Assembly (NCBI RefSeq): GCF_000143415.4
Contig: NW_003314262.1
Location: 3,606,405-3,670,404 of the forward strand
Direction: 5' to 3'
DNA: 64,000 nucleotides
Origin: Selaginella moellendorffii
Lineage: Eukaryota; Plantae; Lycopodiophyta
Of this stretch, positions 36,189 through 49,439 are shown piece after piece. The position numbers and the translations under genes were made by a program. Below the pieces are notes generated by a model. That model did not search any database, had not been told where the DNA came from, and saw only the letters and a list, made by a program, of their open reading frames with translations. Each line of letters starts with the position of its first letter. Positions within the stretch are counted from its first letter, which is position 1.

Positions 36189-38802
36189 CTAGCTATTCTA
36201 GTTAGCAAACACTGTTTTGATTATTATAATTTTGTTACATTGAAAACTAAATAGGAATAGTATCAAAACAACAAATATTATATTCCATTTTAAAAGAAGA
36301 ATCGAGGAAGTAATTATAAATATGTGTTTCATTAGAGGAAACTATCAAATTCCTTAAAGGGAATTATAAGATCCAAGTGACATAGTGAGTTTCCATTGCA
36401 AAAAGTTGAGCATCAATATTGGTTAACATATTATATGTGACATGTATCACAACACCTTCTTCTCTTGCCCCACAAACACTATAAACATTATGTTCATCAT
36501 TGATGATCCTAAAGCTGAAAACATCTATAAATTATTTATAATTACAAATTACAAAATATTTGTAATATTTTGATTGGATTTTTCTTGTGAACTTTAAAAG
36601 CAAATGCATGTGATAGGTGATATGGGCCATGTCTATCATAAGCTCAAATCGTCATGGTATACTAAAGAGATGCCAAAATATATTTTCTACAGTTTCCAAG
36701 GAACTAAAGATAAAAATATATTCAAGATTGAACCTTCCATTATTGTCTTGAAAATTACTGATGATATGCTTTAGGACCATATATAGAAGAAGTTGCACTC
36801 TATTTCATTCATATATGAAAAGAACTTCTTTAGGGTATATTCATAATCTTTTTCAATGGTTCATAATGCATGTTTTGTCAATACATGCACTACCATTTCA
36901 TCCCTAAAAACCTTTGAGCAATCTTTATTTGTTGCAACTGCCATGTTTGCAAAATATTTAACAAATGCAAGATATTAATTAATGCCACCATTGCAAAAAT
37001 GAATAAAGTTTTTCCAAACTTTGTAAGTCCATGGGAAATTTTATCCTCAAGACGTTTGTATGAAAAACATTTATATAGACCAAACATATGGTCTCACTTT
37101 TGGCCAATTTCTAAAGATGTTCACTTCTCTTTGGATGATTAGGGCAATCAAACTTTTAGAGACACTAAAAGGTTGCTTTTATTCTCCATTAGTGCCAATT
37201 AGAGCTCCCCAAAGGTTATTGCATTCAAGGTTGATTAAAGTACTATGCACTTTCATTTTTTATTCCATATTATGTTTTTGTTTTTTGTTTTACAATATAT
37301 TGTCTATAAGCTTGCCACAATCCATTGGATCCACTTGGTGCTAGATTGCAACTTCAAAATCTCTTATAGGGCTTTCCACCAAACTTTGGTTTCACTTCTA
37401 GCAAATTGAGCTCCACTTTGGTTATATTTATGACTTCTTGCATGATTGGACAGCAAAAAGTTTGAACTGGAGGTAGAGTGTGAATCCCTTGAAACTCTTC
37501 TTCCTCTTGTATATCAACTCTTTCTCAGTGCCATGGTCATGGCATCAATTGCATTTAAAATAACACTTCTATGCCAAAACATCTCTAGATTCACAACAAT
37601 CACTTGTAAGTTCTAGAAATTTTAAAAAGAAAAACCAACATATCTTGAGCTTAATTTGTGAATAGTGTTTGGACCTTTAAATTTCATCAAGCGTGAGAAT
37701 ACACTAGCCAGGAGCTCAAAATATCCCCCAAGTGGCTCTACAAGTTCTATAGCTCCTTTTACTCATTAGTGAGTGTGGAGGAAGCTTCAGACTAGAATCT
37801 CTCTCCAAGAAGCAAGTCATGTAGGAAATTTTCACCATAGATGGATTCCCAAGATTGCCTAATCCTTATGGAGTTCTTAAGCTACAAGAGCTCCTGGCGA
37901 AGAGCCATTGGATTCACTAAAACCCCGACTGTGTAAGCAATTTATAGCAGCAGATCATTGAAGAAGTTACTGTTGAGATGATGCATTTTGTATCATTCCC
38001 ATGATCTCCTCTCCAATAAGAGTTGCCTTGAACTGAGTGCTTTGCAGGCGGTGCCTAAGCCTAGTGCCAATGATGAACATAGAAGTGGGAGGAGCTTGGA
38101 GCTACAATGTGTGATGAGCTCCTGCAACTTCCTCATCTCCTTGCCTAAAGTCTTGATTTCACGATTTCTTACTGTCACTTTGTGGTAGTACTAGAGATTC
38201 TTGAGTTATGGTGATTGATCTGACATTGTTGTGGCCAAGGTAGCGAGAAACATTGATGCCTTATGATGCTATCACCCAAAAGGGCCAAATCAAATCCGTA
38301 CAGTTTTTCTTTTTAGTTCGTGGTTCAGTAAGCAATTGGAAAACTTTAAACCAACACATAGAATAAAGTGTACAGCAAGTTCATGTTTGTTTATATCCTT
38401 AGCCTCCATCACATACTAAACACTGTTTCATACTTCTTTTGTAAATTTGAGGTTTTTTACACAAACCTGGTTCCATGCAACTTTCATTGCTCTCTCCACC
38501 CATCTCTACATCACGTAGAACTTGTTGAGTTTGCCACTATGAAGAAACATTGTCTAGCAATGACTGGTAATTGTAGTCTATTATATGGTTTTGAGACCCC
38601 AAACTAGAGTCATTGACTATTATAGAGTTTTGAATGAAGCAGTTGATTAATATGAATTAATCACAGCCATTGACCTAATGCCCTGTGTGATTATTCACTA
38701 AGACATGGTTAAAGAAATAACCCTTTGACAGCTACCTCCCATCCAACAGCTGCCATTAGCTGGATCCGATAGCCCAGAAAGTTTGGCAACTCCTCCTTAT
38801 TG
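36189..38802 (-). mobile_element. Degenerate Helitron-like copy H4 with unidentified cargo
   Basis: Minus-strand 3' end CTAG|T at 36189; same subterminal block at 36200-36345; head at 38685-38802. Confidence 0.55.
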
Positions 38803-39215
38803 AAAACATCATATACATACATACATACATATGATAATTTATATTAATATAATCTCTATAAATAGAAAAGCTGATTATAATATTAATAATGGAGTAAAAT
38901 GATCGATTTTTAGAAATCATAAAAATTACTATCATAGATTGCTTTAGTTTTTTATTCTGAAGATAACAAGCCATTGCCAGCTTCACAATATTTTTTTGGT
39001 GACCATTGCTGCAAAGGCGGAGTAGAATTATCAATTTAGTTTTTCTGAAAGTACAAGAATCAATCTAACAATAAACTCTAACCAAGTTCTCATAATTTAA
39101 GATTATCTAGCTCAGCAATAATCTGTGCTTCTTCCAGCTATAACTTTTGACAATACCAGGAACACAATCCTGGGTGGTAGCAACAAAGTCGCAGGGCCAT
39201 TCAACTACGGCACAG

Positions 39216-39580
39216 GCATTCTGAGCCACTCTGTTTTACACAAGAATCACTTTATTCCATGACCGGGCTAGCATCTTGGAAATCAGGCATTTGCTTCTGT
39301 TCTTTGCCTGTCACCTTCACAAAAATGAACGCCTCTAAGTGACATCGATTACATTTGCAGTCCGAGACATTGAATTTGGCTATCTTTGAGCAGCTGAGAT
39401 GGTTTGGAAGATGCTGGCAGGCTGCTGAGTTTCCAGGTGAGCCTCTCTCGTCATTTGATCCAGGCAAATTCTTATCAGTCTTATATCTTTCATCCAAGCT
39501 CAAAGTAACGAATATGCTGGCTATATTCTTAGAAAGTGTTTGAGAACTTGGGCGGGAGAGTTTTTAGGGCTCTTGATACA
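39216..39580 (+). repeat. Direct repeat copy 1 containing decayed GPT 3' exon/intron pieces
   Basis: Matches 42404-42794; tgagatggtttggaagatgc...ttccaggtga matches GPT at 31515-31580. Confidence 0.85.
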
Positions 39581-41509
39581 GAATCTTACTTGAGAGCAAG
39601 GTTTATGAGCTTTCTGGCCGTGTTCAAAATCCCGCTTCATGAACGGGTGGATAATTTTGACGGACAAACGAATATTCTAACCCACTTCAACCTATCCCAC
39701 ATGCCGGAGAGTAAAAATCTGCAGTTTGATCAGTATATAAAGGAGACCCAGTTACCTTGTAAGAAAATCGGGTGCTCTGACCGCGAGCAGCCCTTTAAAA
39801 CCAAGAAGCACTGGGAGGTTGTTTACGAGACGGCTTCCAAAAACCCAAGAAGCATCCAATTAAACCCAAGAAGCATACGAGCATGTAAGCATTGCCATTT
39901 TTTTCAATCGATTGTGCGGCTACAACCAAGTGCGAGGACAATTTTGCGTCGCGTCCCTCAGAGACTACAATGACTAGCTGGACATCAGTGACCTCTCGTT
40001 TCAATATGGTCCATGGCATCATTGTGGCTGAGACGGGAGGCGCTCGCAAGGTATCTTTACTCTCTCTTCACACACAGGCTGTGGAGATTAGCACGGTATC
40101 CCAGCGAGAATTTGGATCGAAACCTTCTGGAGCCTATGCGCCGCCAGTGGCGGGGATGTTGATGCAGCAGCCAACGAGGCAGCCCGAGCCGATTGGACAC
40201 AGCCTGCTCAACGGTGGCGCGGCCGACGCGCAGAGGAACGCCGCCATCGCAGGCAGGAAGTTTTCTCCGCCGTGTTCTTGAGAGCTGATGGTTTCGACAT
40301 CCTTGACTGATTTTTCTAAGGAGAGCAATAATTCGAGAAGGCAAGGCAAGAGATGAAAAAATCATTCATCTTACGGCTTAGAATTTGGAGAGGGCCGCGC
40401 GTACGCGAGCCCTCAACTTCCACAAATTACGACGCCCACTCCTCCACTTTGGGAAGATGGTAGGCCGGCCAAGCCGATGTGCAATGGGAAGGCCGAACCT
40501 AGGCCATTAGCCTTCAGGATCACTAATAAACCCCGTCCAGGTAAGTATGGATCTTTTCCCCAGGCCCTAGCTTATATACTGCTCTTGTGCCCTTATTCCA
40601 CGCCTCGGCATGTGGGATAGGGCAAAGAATTGGTGCAGCATATCCTTCGGTCATGGCATGATCATCGAGAGGAGTTGTCGGGTGAGAAAGAAAGAAGCCT
40701 TCTCTCATCTTCTCTTTTGTATTTTGGGAGCAAAGCTCTCCAAGGAGTAGCAAGAACTTAAATGTGACCTTTACAACAATTGATACTGTTGCTGCAAGTA
40801 TCTTGCCCAAGAGTGGTCGAATGGTGGGCCCTCACGATTATAATATGATGTAATTGGCTCGGCCGGATGCCGTATCTGAGCACCCCGCGGTTCGAACCCA
40901 CGACCAGAAGTTAAAAGAGTACCATACCGCTAATATTTGTAAAATAATTTTATTCAAATATATGTATGCCAAAATTGAGCTAGGGCTTGGGGCAAGCTTG
41001 CCCAGGGCATGCGGGTTTAGGGTTTACGCAAATACAATAAACCCTAAATTTGCTCGCATCTCATCTTTTCTTTTAGGGTTCTTCAAAGATTAGGGTTCTT
41101 GTGGACCACGCCTTGAATTTCTTCACCAACAGAATATAACACTACCAGTTGGCACTCTGGTATAGCTTGATGCTTGGACCATTAAATGAAGTTTAGGTGC
41201 ACATATGCCACCTCCAGTTCACCAGCCGATATCCTCCATATTGTTTTACGGGGCTTTGTTGCTCCCCTGGGTTCTTGTGAAGGTTCTTTTGTGCTTGATT
41301 GATGGTATGACAACATGCATCATTTTCACCATGCGAGTTCACTTGAAAAGCTGTGAACTCCATTCCCTTGAAAAACATACACAGCTTCTTTATCCATAGG
41401 GAGATATATATCAATTACAACGTTCACTCTTCCACTTTGGGACAGCCAGTGCTTAATAGAGTAAATATAGTCACATTCCATGAGGATATCCTTCGGTCAA
41501 AGACTAGGG

Positions 41510-42410
41510 TCAAAAGGTCAACATCTTGACCGGCCCTTCTTCCAGCATGAAATCCACGGCCTCTTGCGGCCGGCCCTCGCGGAAGTAGACCATGAATGGC
41601 TCTGCGCGACCGCTGGGATCCAGCCTGACTATCTCCTCCGCCACTCGCCTTGCTCGGGCGCTGTCCCGACGGATCTTACACACGTCAAGGAGCAGCTTCC
41701 ACGCCGAGGCCGAGGCCACGAACGGCATGCTTGCTGCAAGATCCTCAGCATCTCCCAGCTCTGATCGGCTCGTCAACATCACCAGGATCGCGCAGTAGTG
41801 CTCCACACTTGTCCGGATGCCGTAGTCTGAGGCCATGTCGCGGATGATCCCCGCCGCATTGTCTAGGCACCCGAGCCATCAGCTGCCCCGAGCAATTCTC
41901 CGAGTGAAAAATCTCCAGCGCTTGCCCCGGGAGGTTGTTCATGGTGCACGCCTCCATGATGGACGCCCAGGTGACGGTGCTCCTCACCAGCATCGCGTCG
42001 AACAGCTCCATTGCCTCAACCAGATGCCCGTTACGGGCATACGCCACAATCAGGGTGTTGCATGCGTCGACGGTCACACGGGGCAAATTGTCGAAGGCTG
42101 TACGGGCCTCCGCCACCATGCCGTGGTCTCCGTACGCCCTGATCATGTCCACCCACGTCCCCCGCGTCGTCTCCGGCATCAAGTTGGCGGCCTTGACGCA
42201 CTCGGCTAGATACCCTGCCCTGCGCGAGCGAGTTCCAGCTCCCGGAAGTCCTGGCGGGCATGGAATCGAACAGCTCCTTCGCTGCAGCCACATTCCCTGC
42301 GCGAGCGAATGCTGCTAGAACCGCATTTGCGGCAATGGAATCCGAGGCTGGGACGCTCTGGAGCATCTCGCTGGCCTCGTCGACCAGGCCGTTTCTCGCG
42401 TACGCATTCT
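41510..42410 (-). pseudogene. Frameshifted PLS-class PPR gene
   Basis: PPR motifs (AYARNG) and HYCAILVML...MPF..SASAWKLLLDVCK are split over three frames. Confidence 0.8.
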
Positions 42411-42794
42411 GAGCCACTCTGTTTCACACAAGAATCACTTTATTCCATGACCGGGCTAGCATCTTGGAAATGCCAGCCCCTCAGGCATTTGCCTTTGTTC
42501 TTTACCTTCTTCACAAAAATGAACGCCTCTAAGCGACATCGATTACATTCGCAGCTGTACAACTGCGATGTCCGAGATTGAATTTGGCTATCTTTGAGCA
42601 ACTGAGATGGTTTGGAAGATGCTGGAACTGTGTATCAGGCTGCTGAGTTTCCAGGTGAGCCTCTCTCGTCATTTGATCCAGGCAAAATTCTTATCAGTCT
42701 TTGACTGTCTAGCTCAAAATAACGAATATGCTGACTATATTCTTAGAAAGTATTTGAAAACTTGGGCGGGAGAGTTTTTAGGGCTCTTGATACA
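42404..42794 (+). repeat. Direct repeat copy 2 containing the GPT relic
   Basis: Matches 39216-39580. Confidence 0.85.
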
Positions 42795-42844
42795 AAATCG
42801 GTGAGAGCGCTTCGTTTTGGCCTAGCATATTTCGCATGAAAATT

Positions 42845-45800
42845 TCAGCCGAGAGCATCGCCGAGGGCGGCGAGGAACACCTCCTGGTAGATCCGCCTCA
42901 CTTCTCCCAATCCATCGTCGTAGGCGCAAAACCCTACAGCCAGTAGGGCTCTCGCGACGCTCGCCGCCACGAGGTCGCTCACGGCTGCCGAATTCGAGCT
43001 GCGCAGCACAGATTCGTCCAGCCCACAGGCATGGAAGCACGCCGCGAGCAGGGAGGTGTTCGTCAGCTTGTAAGCGCCGTTTACTCCGCCGTGGTGATTG
43101 TCATCTAGCTTGACGAGCTCCATCGCCAGGCACAGGTTGAGGCACGCTGCTCCAACGACGCTCAAGTGATGGTGGCTCGATCCTTTCACTCCCGGAAAGT
43201 TTCCAGCGTCGAGAAATGCCGCTGTGAGCATCTTGTCCAGAGAGATGCCAGTCCTCATCCCAGGCTTGAGGTAGCCTTCCTCGGGTGGATAGTCCAAAAG
43301 GCGACGAACTGTTGGAAGGTACGTCTCTCGCCACGCGCTGATCTTCTCTGAGTTAAAAACCTCGTCTGGGAGCTCCATCGTCCACGCCTCGTCTTTGATC
43401 ACGTCCAGCGATGACAAGACTTGGAAAGCTTGCTCCAGGAGGTATTTCCGATTGTCCAGAGGAGTAGCAGCGACGAAAGCTGGAGAGTAAGAACTTGGAG
43501 CGACGGCAATGGTGGTGGATCTCGAGTCTGCTGGAGGTTCGGAAATTCTTGAATCTCTCTCCAGCTGATCTTCCTCCGTTTCAGGAACATCCGGTAGCAC
43601 AAACGGTTCCATCTCTGCGACTGCTTCACCACCATGTAAGTTCTTCTCAGCGTCAGCTTTAGATGGATCCACAATCACCCCGGTCTTTAGAAACGTCTCG
43701 TCCTCGCTATAGAGCCGCATGTTGTGCTTGATGAGCATGTTGTCCACCTCCATGACGTCGAACTTAGAGAATGCCAGCATGCTCAGATGCCTCTCCATGC
43801 CTGGAATCAAGTCCCGGTGGTGGAAAAGCAGACCCTCCGCTATGATCCTCGCGAACTCGGTCCCAAACTCTGTGTTCCTCTTCTTCCTCTGCCCCTCGTC
43901 GACATAGGCTAGTTCCTGCCTCTCCCTGTTCCAGTAGAGCATCCTCTCCGAGACCGCGTGACGGGTAGTGTCTCCAGCGCGAAGAGTCCAGTGAACTTTC
44001 AGGCTCGTTTCGAGTTCCATCTCCTTTAGACGCAGCAGTTCCTGCACTATGGTTTGTCGCTCCTTGACGGAAAGTGATAGAGCCAGATACCCGAGTATTG
44101 CTCTGAACAGTCCCAGGTGGATGTATCCTTTGTCCCAAACCAGTTTCCTTCCGAGTGAGAGGCTCATGCAGCTCGTGTCCGTCTCCGATTCAGCACATTC
44201 GGAGATTGTCTTGACCCCCAGCCAGGAGTAGACTTTATATAGCTCCTGCGTGTTGATCTCCTGGCTGGTTGGATACCACGCCACCCACGGACGAGGATTA
44301 GTGTTTCCAAAGAGATGTTCCAGCTCTAGCTGATCAACCATGACCGTCTTTGCAGGCGGAAGAAGCTTGACGGTGGCTGCGTTCTTTTCGCAGGCTGGTA
44401 TTGAAGGAACGCAGCTGCTCGCGCGGAAAACTTTCAGATACGGCGTCGAAGTTGGTCGTGACGAGACTAGCTTCGCCTCCACCAGCTCACGCCACACTGT
44501 GTAAGCCCTTTGTACCTCGACATCTTTTCCTTTAGACGACCAGCTCTGCCAGAGCTCGCAGAACTTGATGATCGAGGGCTTCTCACAAACATCAAACCTC
44601 TTCTGAAGGATGTCTTGCATGACCCGCTCGTAGCAGCTATCCAGAGGTACAACACCGATTTCTCCAAACAAGCCCTCAACGTCGTGAATGACGCATTCTT
44701 CCTTTTTCTTCCAGGTTGCTGCACGGCCTTCGCTCTGCGGCACCCAGATCGTGTCAACGTCCCTCCATAATTCTTGTTCAGCGCAGCGGGAGAGGTACTG
44801 ATAAAATCTGACCACTTTAGCCGTGTCGACTTGCCGAGCAGGAAGCTTCTGCATATTGCCGAGACAGCGGAGGACAGTTGCATATCCCATGCCGGGCTCG
44901 CAAGCCACTCCCAGGCTTCGGAACTCGTTCTTATACTCCTCCAATGGCATCCAGTCCTTGTCCACGAACGGAACGTCCTCGACTTTCAAGACTTTAAGCA
45001 GCTCAGGCACCGGCAGGAATGCAACGGTTGGGCAGCAGTATCCGTGGCTCGTCTTCAACCACTTGGTAGTCTTAATACTGGAAGTGAAAGCGGGTGCATT
45101 GCAGTGCCTGGATTTAATCCACTTCAGTAACAACGAGCTCGCTGCGACGTTACCAACATAATGCGGAGGAAGGGCCTCGTTCACCGGATCAAAGGCGGGG
45201 ATGTCCGTAGCCAGGAACTGCTCCTTCAGAAAATTCACAAACTCGGTTCGCACGTCGGAGTCGGAGAGATCGACCGTTGCTGACACCATATACTCTTGTG
45301 ACAATTTTCGAACGCCGCGTCTCCACGCGGCAGACGGGAGCAAGAGCGGCCACTTCGCTCCACAAGCCGCCGGTAGCAACAATGGACGCGTTGAAACATA
45401 ACTCGCACCATAGGGACTCACGGCTCCGTCATTCTCGACGATTGGTAAATTACGCTTTTCGTTGCTGATAGATGTGTACGAGCTGCGGTCGTTTCTGTAC
45501 AGGTCGAACAGGAAGTGCATCGCTAGAACAGCAAGCTTTGCATTTGAGGAGTTCGCAGTGACTGCTCCAAGAACCTGACGAGCGAGTGAGCATGCTGTCA
45601 GTTCGCTCACGCTGAAGGGGGCTCTCTCCAACCAGTTCTCTAAAACCGAGTGCTGCCGGATTTTTGCAGCGCAGGCCGATGGAACGAAGTTGAAAGTTAG
45701 CCAACGTTGAAACACCTCTGTCCAACCAGCGAGCCAAGCGGTAGCTCTATGACCAGAATCCCAGTACATGGATCTGCCATCGTTTCGCGCGAGATCATCC

Positions 45801-47574
45801 ATGCTTGCCAACTGGAGTCGACCATCGGAGCCTCGATACTTGAGAAACTTGAGGGATCTCAAAGTTGACGACTTGGAGGACAGGAACACCAGCAGCTTGA
45901 CATATGCATCGTCGGGGAGCGATCTCATCCAGTCTTCAGAGTCGAGGCTTTGGTGATATTCATCGTTGCTCATATCTGGGACTCCCAGGAGTCTCAGCAC
46001 CGAGCCGTAGTTCTCCTGCAGCGTGCTGTCCACTATGTACGAGGAACTTCGTCGCAAGAACCAGGGACTTCCTCGCAAGAACCTCGGACACTTCGGTGCG
46101 GCTCTGAGAAGCTCTCGGAAGCTGGGGGCGACTTTTCTCGCAAGAGCAGGCTTGCAAAGCTGCCCGCTCGGTGGTGCACGGCCGACGTCCGAGGCGCAAA
46201 GAATGACGTTGTTGTCCTTCAGCTTGGACAAGATATCGTTGCGGACTTTCTCGAGGTACGAGTTGCGGCAAGCATTCACAGGTACGTACTTGTACATTGC
46301 CATGCGTGCTACTGACGGTATACTCTGCAGTCCAAACGCCGTGGTGTTGAGGAGAAGCTCGAAGGCGTTGTAGAAAACCTCGGGAACACAGCGAAAGATC
46401 CCCTGGTTCCAGGGGCTGTCAAAGAGGAGCGTCTCACGGGAGGAAACGAGCAAAAAGTCCGAGTTGATAAGAAACGGCAGGCCAGAGTGGATATCGGAAG
46501 GCAGGAACGAGAAGATATCGCCAATGCTGCAGCTGCTCGAGATACGATCATCCACCGGAAAGGCTAGAGTGATCGTCCAGCTATCGACGTCTTTTCGCTT
46601 TTCAACCTTGGCCTCCTGAGGTACTTTCAAAGTCTGCTTAAACATGTAGTAGTTGCTGTGCTGAGTGCCATTCCGTCCGTTACTAGCTGTGAGAAAAGTT
46701 GTGCTCGTTTCCACGCTTCCATTCTTTGACGTTGTCATCTCCACAGATCTGGAGAGAGCCAGTTCCGTGGGAGGCCGCGACTGCTGATCGTAGATGGAGA
46801 GCATGCGTATCTTCGATAGGAAGAGGAGCGTCTCCGCTGGGATTTGAGTAAGCTGCTTTGCCACCTCCGAAATCTTTTCTTGACGCAAGGGAAGGATGAT
46901 CACCGTTGCAGGAAGCTTGGCCTTGCTACAGACCTTCTGCAGCACAGCGTCTGTAGGACGGTCGACCCATTCCGGGACAATATACCCGAGCTTGGCCTCG
47001 TTGTGGGGCTCTTCGTCGAAACGAATACGAAAGCCATTGCTGATTATATACGGCTGCTTGGTGACGAGAAAAACGCTCTTAAACCCAATTCCTGTACGAG
47101 CAAGAGACGTTACCACGGCTAGAGAGGGAGAGGTAAGAAAGAATTATCTCACCTTTCTCGCCAATGTATCCTTGAGACTTCTTTCCTTTCTTTGTGGACT
47201 GACCAGCGCCGCACAAGGACTCTATATTCTTTTCCGAGAAACCAACTTCGTTGTTCAAGAGCAGCAGCGTGGCAGCTGCTCCAGTGCCAGTGACGTCGGT
47301 CTTTGTGAGATAGATTTCGATGCTCGGCTCCATGGACGAATGGTAAGTGTTGTCCTCAGCGTTCTAAGACGCTCATGTTTGTCAGGTACAGAACCAAGTT
47401 CGAGCAAAGTACCTGGAGGAGTTCGGACAGGAAATGGATGTCCTTCTGGTAGAGCTCGGCAGAGAGGAGCCTGATCGTCTCCTGGAGCATGAGAGCGAGA
47501 GGATTGGGACCGGACTGGCCGATTCCAAAGCGCTCGCGACGCAAGCGCTCGATAAACATTCGCTGGGACGACAT
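42845..47574 (-). CDS. Sacsin/NO VEIN-type GHKL (Hsp90-like) ATPase protein with a C-terminal degenerate RNase III-like domain; exons 47574-47413, 47363-47153, 47091-42845
   Basis: LSAELYQKDIHFLSELLQNAEDN, NNEVGFSEKNIESLC..GQSTK, GYIGEKGIGFKSVF, LLFLSKIR, GLPFLINSDFLLVSSRE; 49- and 61-bp GT-AG introns restore the frame. Confidence 0.9.
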
Positions 47575-47672
47575 TTCGCTGTGCAGAAATCTGTCTCCTA
47601 CGTTCTCTCCCTTACGTGAAGCAAGAATAGGAAGGCTTATTAAAAAGTTCGATTTTGCTTAAGATTCGATAC

Positions 47673-49367
47673 CTAGCCAAAATAGTCTTGGAGGTCCAAA
47701 ACGTCCGCTAACACACCAGCGGCTGTAGTATCATTGCCTGCCCCGGCTCCCTTAATAACAAGAGGCGAAGTCGAATAACAGCGCGTGAAAATCTCGACCT
47801 GCAAAAACAAAGTTTCAGGAAACGCACAAGCTCTATACAATTACCAGATTATCGCTTCCATGCAGCTGACCGAGAGCGGACTGCTGAGGCTGCTCTACAA
47901 TTCCCACTTTGCAACTGTAAGCAAAGGACAGGTTTTTGGTAAGCTCAGGCGGATTGACTTACTGAAAGTTTTCGATCGTCGCCACATATCGTAGAACACA
48001 ACCCCTAGCAGCTGCTTCTTTCACACGGTTTCTCATTGGCAAGTCTAGTTCGGCTAGTCCTTCTTTTAGAAATTGCATGGTGCTCATCAGTTTGGGAGCC
48101 AGACTTGGCGGATATAAGCACTCAACCTTTAAGCAGCACGTCACTAAGAGGAATCCAACCAAAGAAAGTGAGTACCTCCACATCCTCTAAGTTTATTCTC
48201 CATCCCATTAGTCGAGCCATTATAAGCGCCTGAAAAATGAAAGAAGTCATGTTGCATTCACGAGATAGTAGCAAGTGGTTTCACCTTCCTTGCTACGTCC
48301 ATACCGCCAAGATCATCACGAGGGTCTGAAAGCGTAAGAATAAACTACACGAAAAATAGAAAAGAAAGATAGCTACCTGGCTCGGTGTAACCAAGCTCTT
48401 TCGCTTGTCTCACAATATCACTAAACGATTCACCATACTCCAACCGACTCATTACAAAGCCGAGAGTGCCTGACAAAGGACGTTAGAAGTGGCAAATTTT
48501 TTATGAGAATGAAAGGACAAACCACTGAGAGCACCAACAATTTTCTTGATCGAATCTCCGGAATTTAGCAGACGGTTCAAAGTTGCTATGACTGGCAGAG
48601 CAGCACCGACCTGCTTGAGAAATGTTTGTAAAATGTACGTACAAATACTTCTTGCTTAACTGTTGATTCACAGCGATAACGTCGATTCAGTGCAGCAATC
48701 CTATCGTAAACGTTCTGCAGCCATGGGTCAAGGAAAAAAGAAGAAACAAAAAAAGAACGATCTTACAAACGAGCTGGTGAGAGGCTTCTTGTTCGCAAGA
48801 ACAATGCAGCAATTCAAGTCCGCGATCTCTGCAAGTGCTTGTCCAATTTTTTCACTCGCGGTACAGTCAGCTACAACCAAAGGACGACCTGTAGGATAAA
48901 CAAGAAAAAAAGTTGCATGATCATCCATCAAAATAGTTGAAAGGAAAGTTTTACCAGTTTCTTCTGTGATGGTTCTTATCGCAGCTGCTAGAGTTGCATC
49001 AAAATCTTCTTCGCGAACGGCTCGCGCATTTAATCCAGCTGAGCTTTCATCGTTTAAAGAAAAGGGAAATAAAAAACAGACATGTACCGGGCATTTGATT
49101 GTTCTTTTCCTTCGCAAGACAAATTTCCAGAAGAGCAGTGTCGTCCAGTTCTTCGTTTTTCTCACCCAAAACGATGGATTTGGAATCCACTACAGCCATC
49201 ACAGCGACTCGCAAGCCCTGAGCATTTGATTCAAAGAGAGAAATCTTGGGCGATAGGCGAATAGATACCTGATCTTCGTGTAGTTTACGAGTGGAGACAA
49301 TGTGGCGGAGGAGCTGCCGCCCGACGCCCCCGCATCCTAGAAGCGTCAGCTGGATTTTCCTCGCCAT
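47673..49367 (-). CDS. Monofunctional homoserine dehydrogenase-like protein, multi-exon
   Basis: LLGCGGVG, VADCTAS, VLANKKPL, ESTVGAALPV, GYTEPDPRDDLGGMDVARK, KGAGAGNDTTAAGVLAD. Confidence 0.9.
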
Positions 49368-49439
49368 GGCCAAGAGCCCTAAGAAATTCCCAAATTTGAA
49401 AATATTGGGGGGAAGATTTAGGGCTTTGGAGCAATCGAT

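Noticed and set aside
40979-41010. Helitron 3' end (GGGCAAGCTTGCCC palindrome + CTAG)
   Set aside because: Not followed by T on the element strand, and no matching 5' end found
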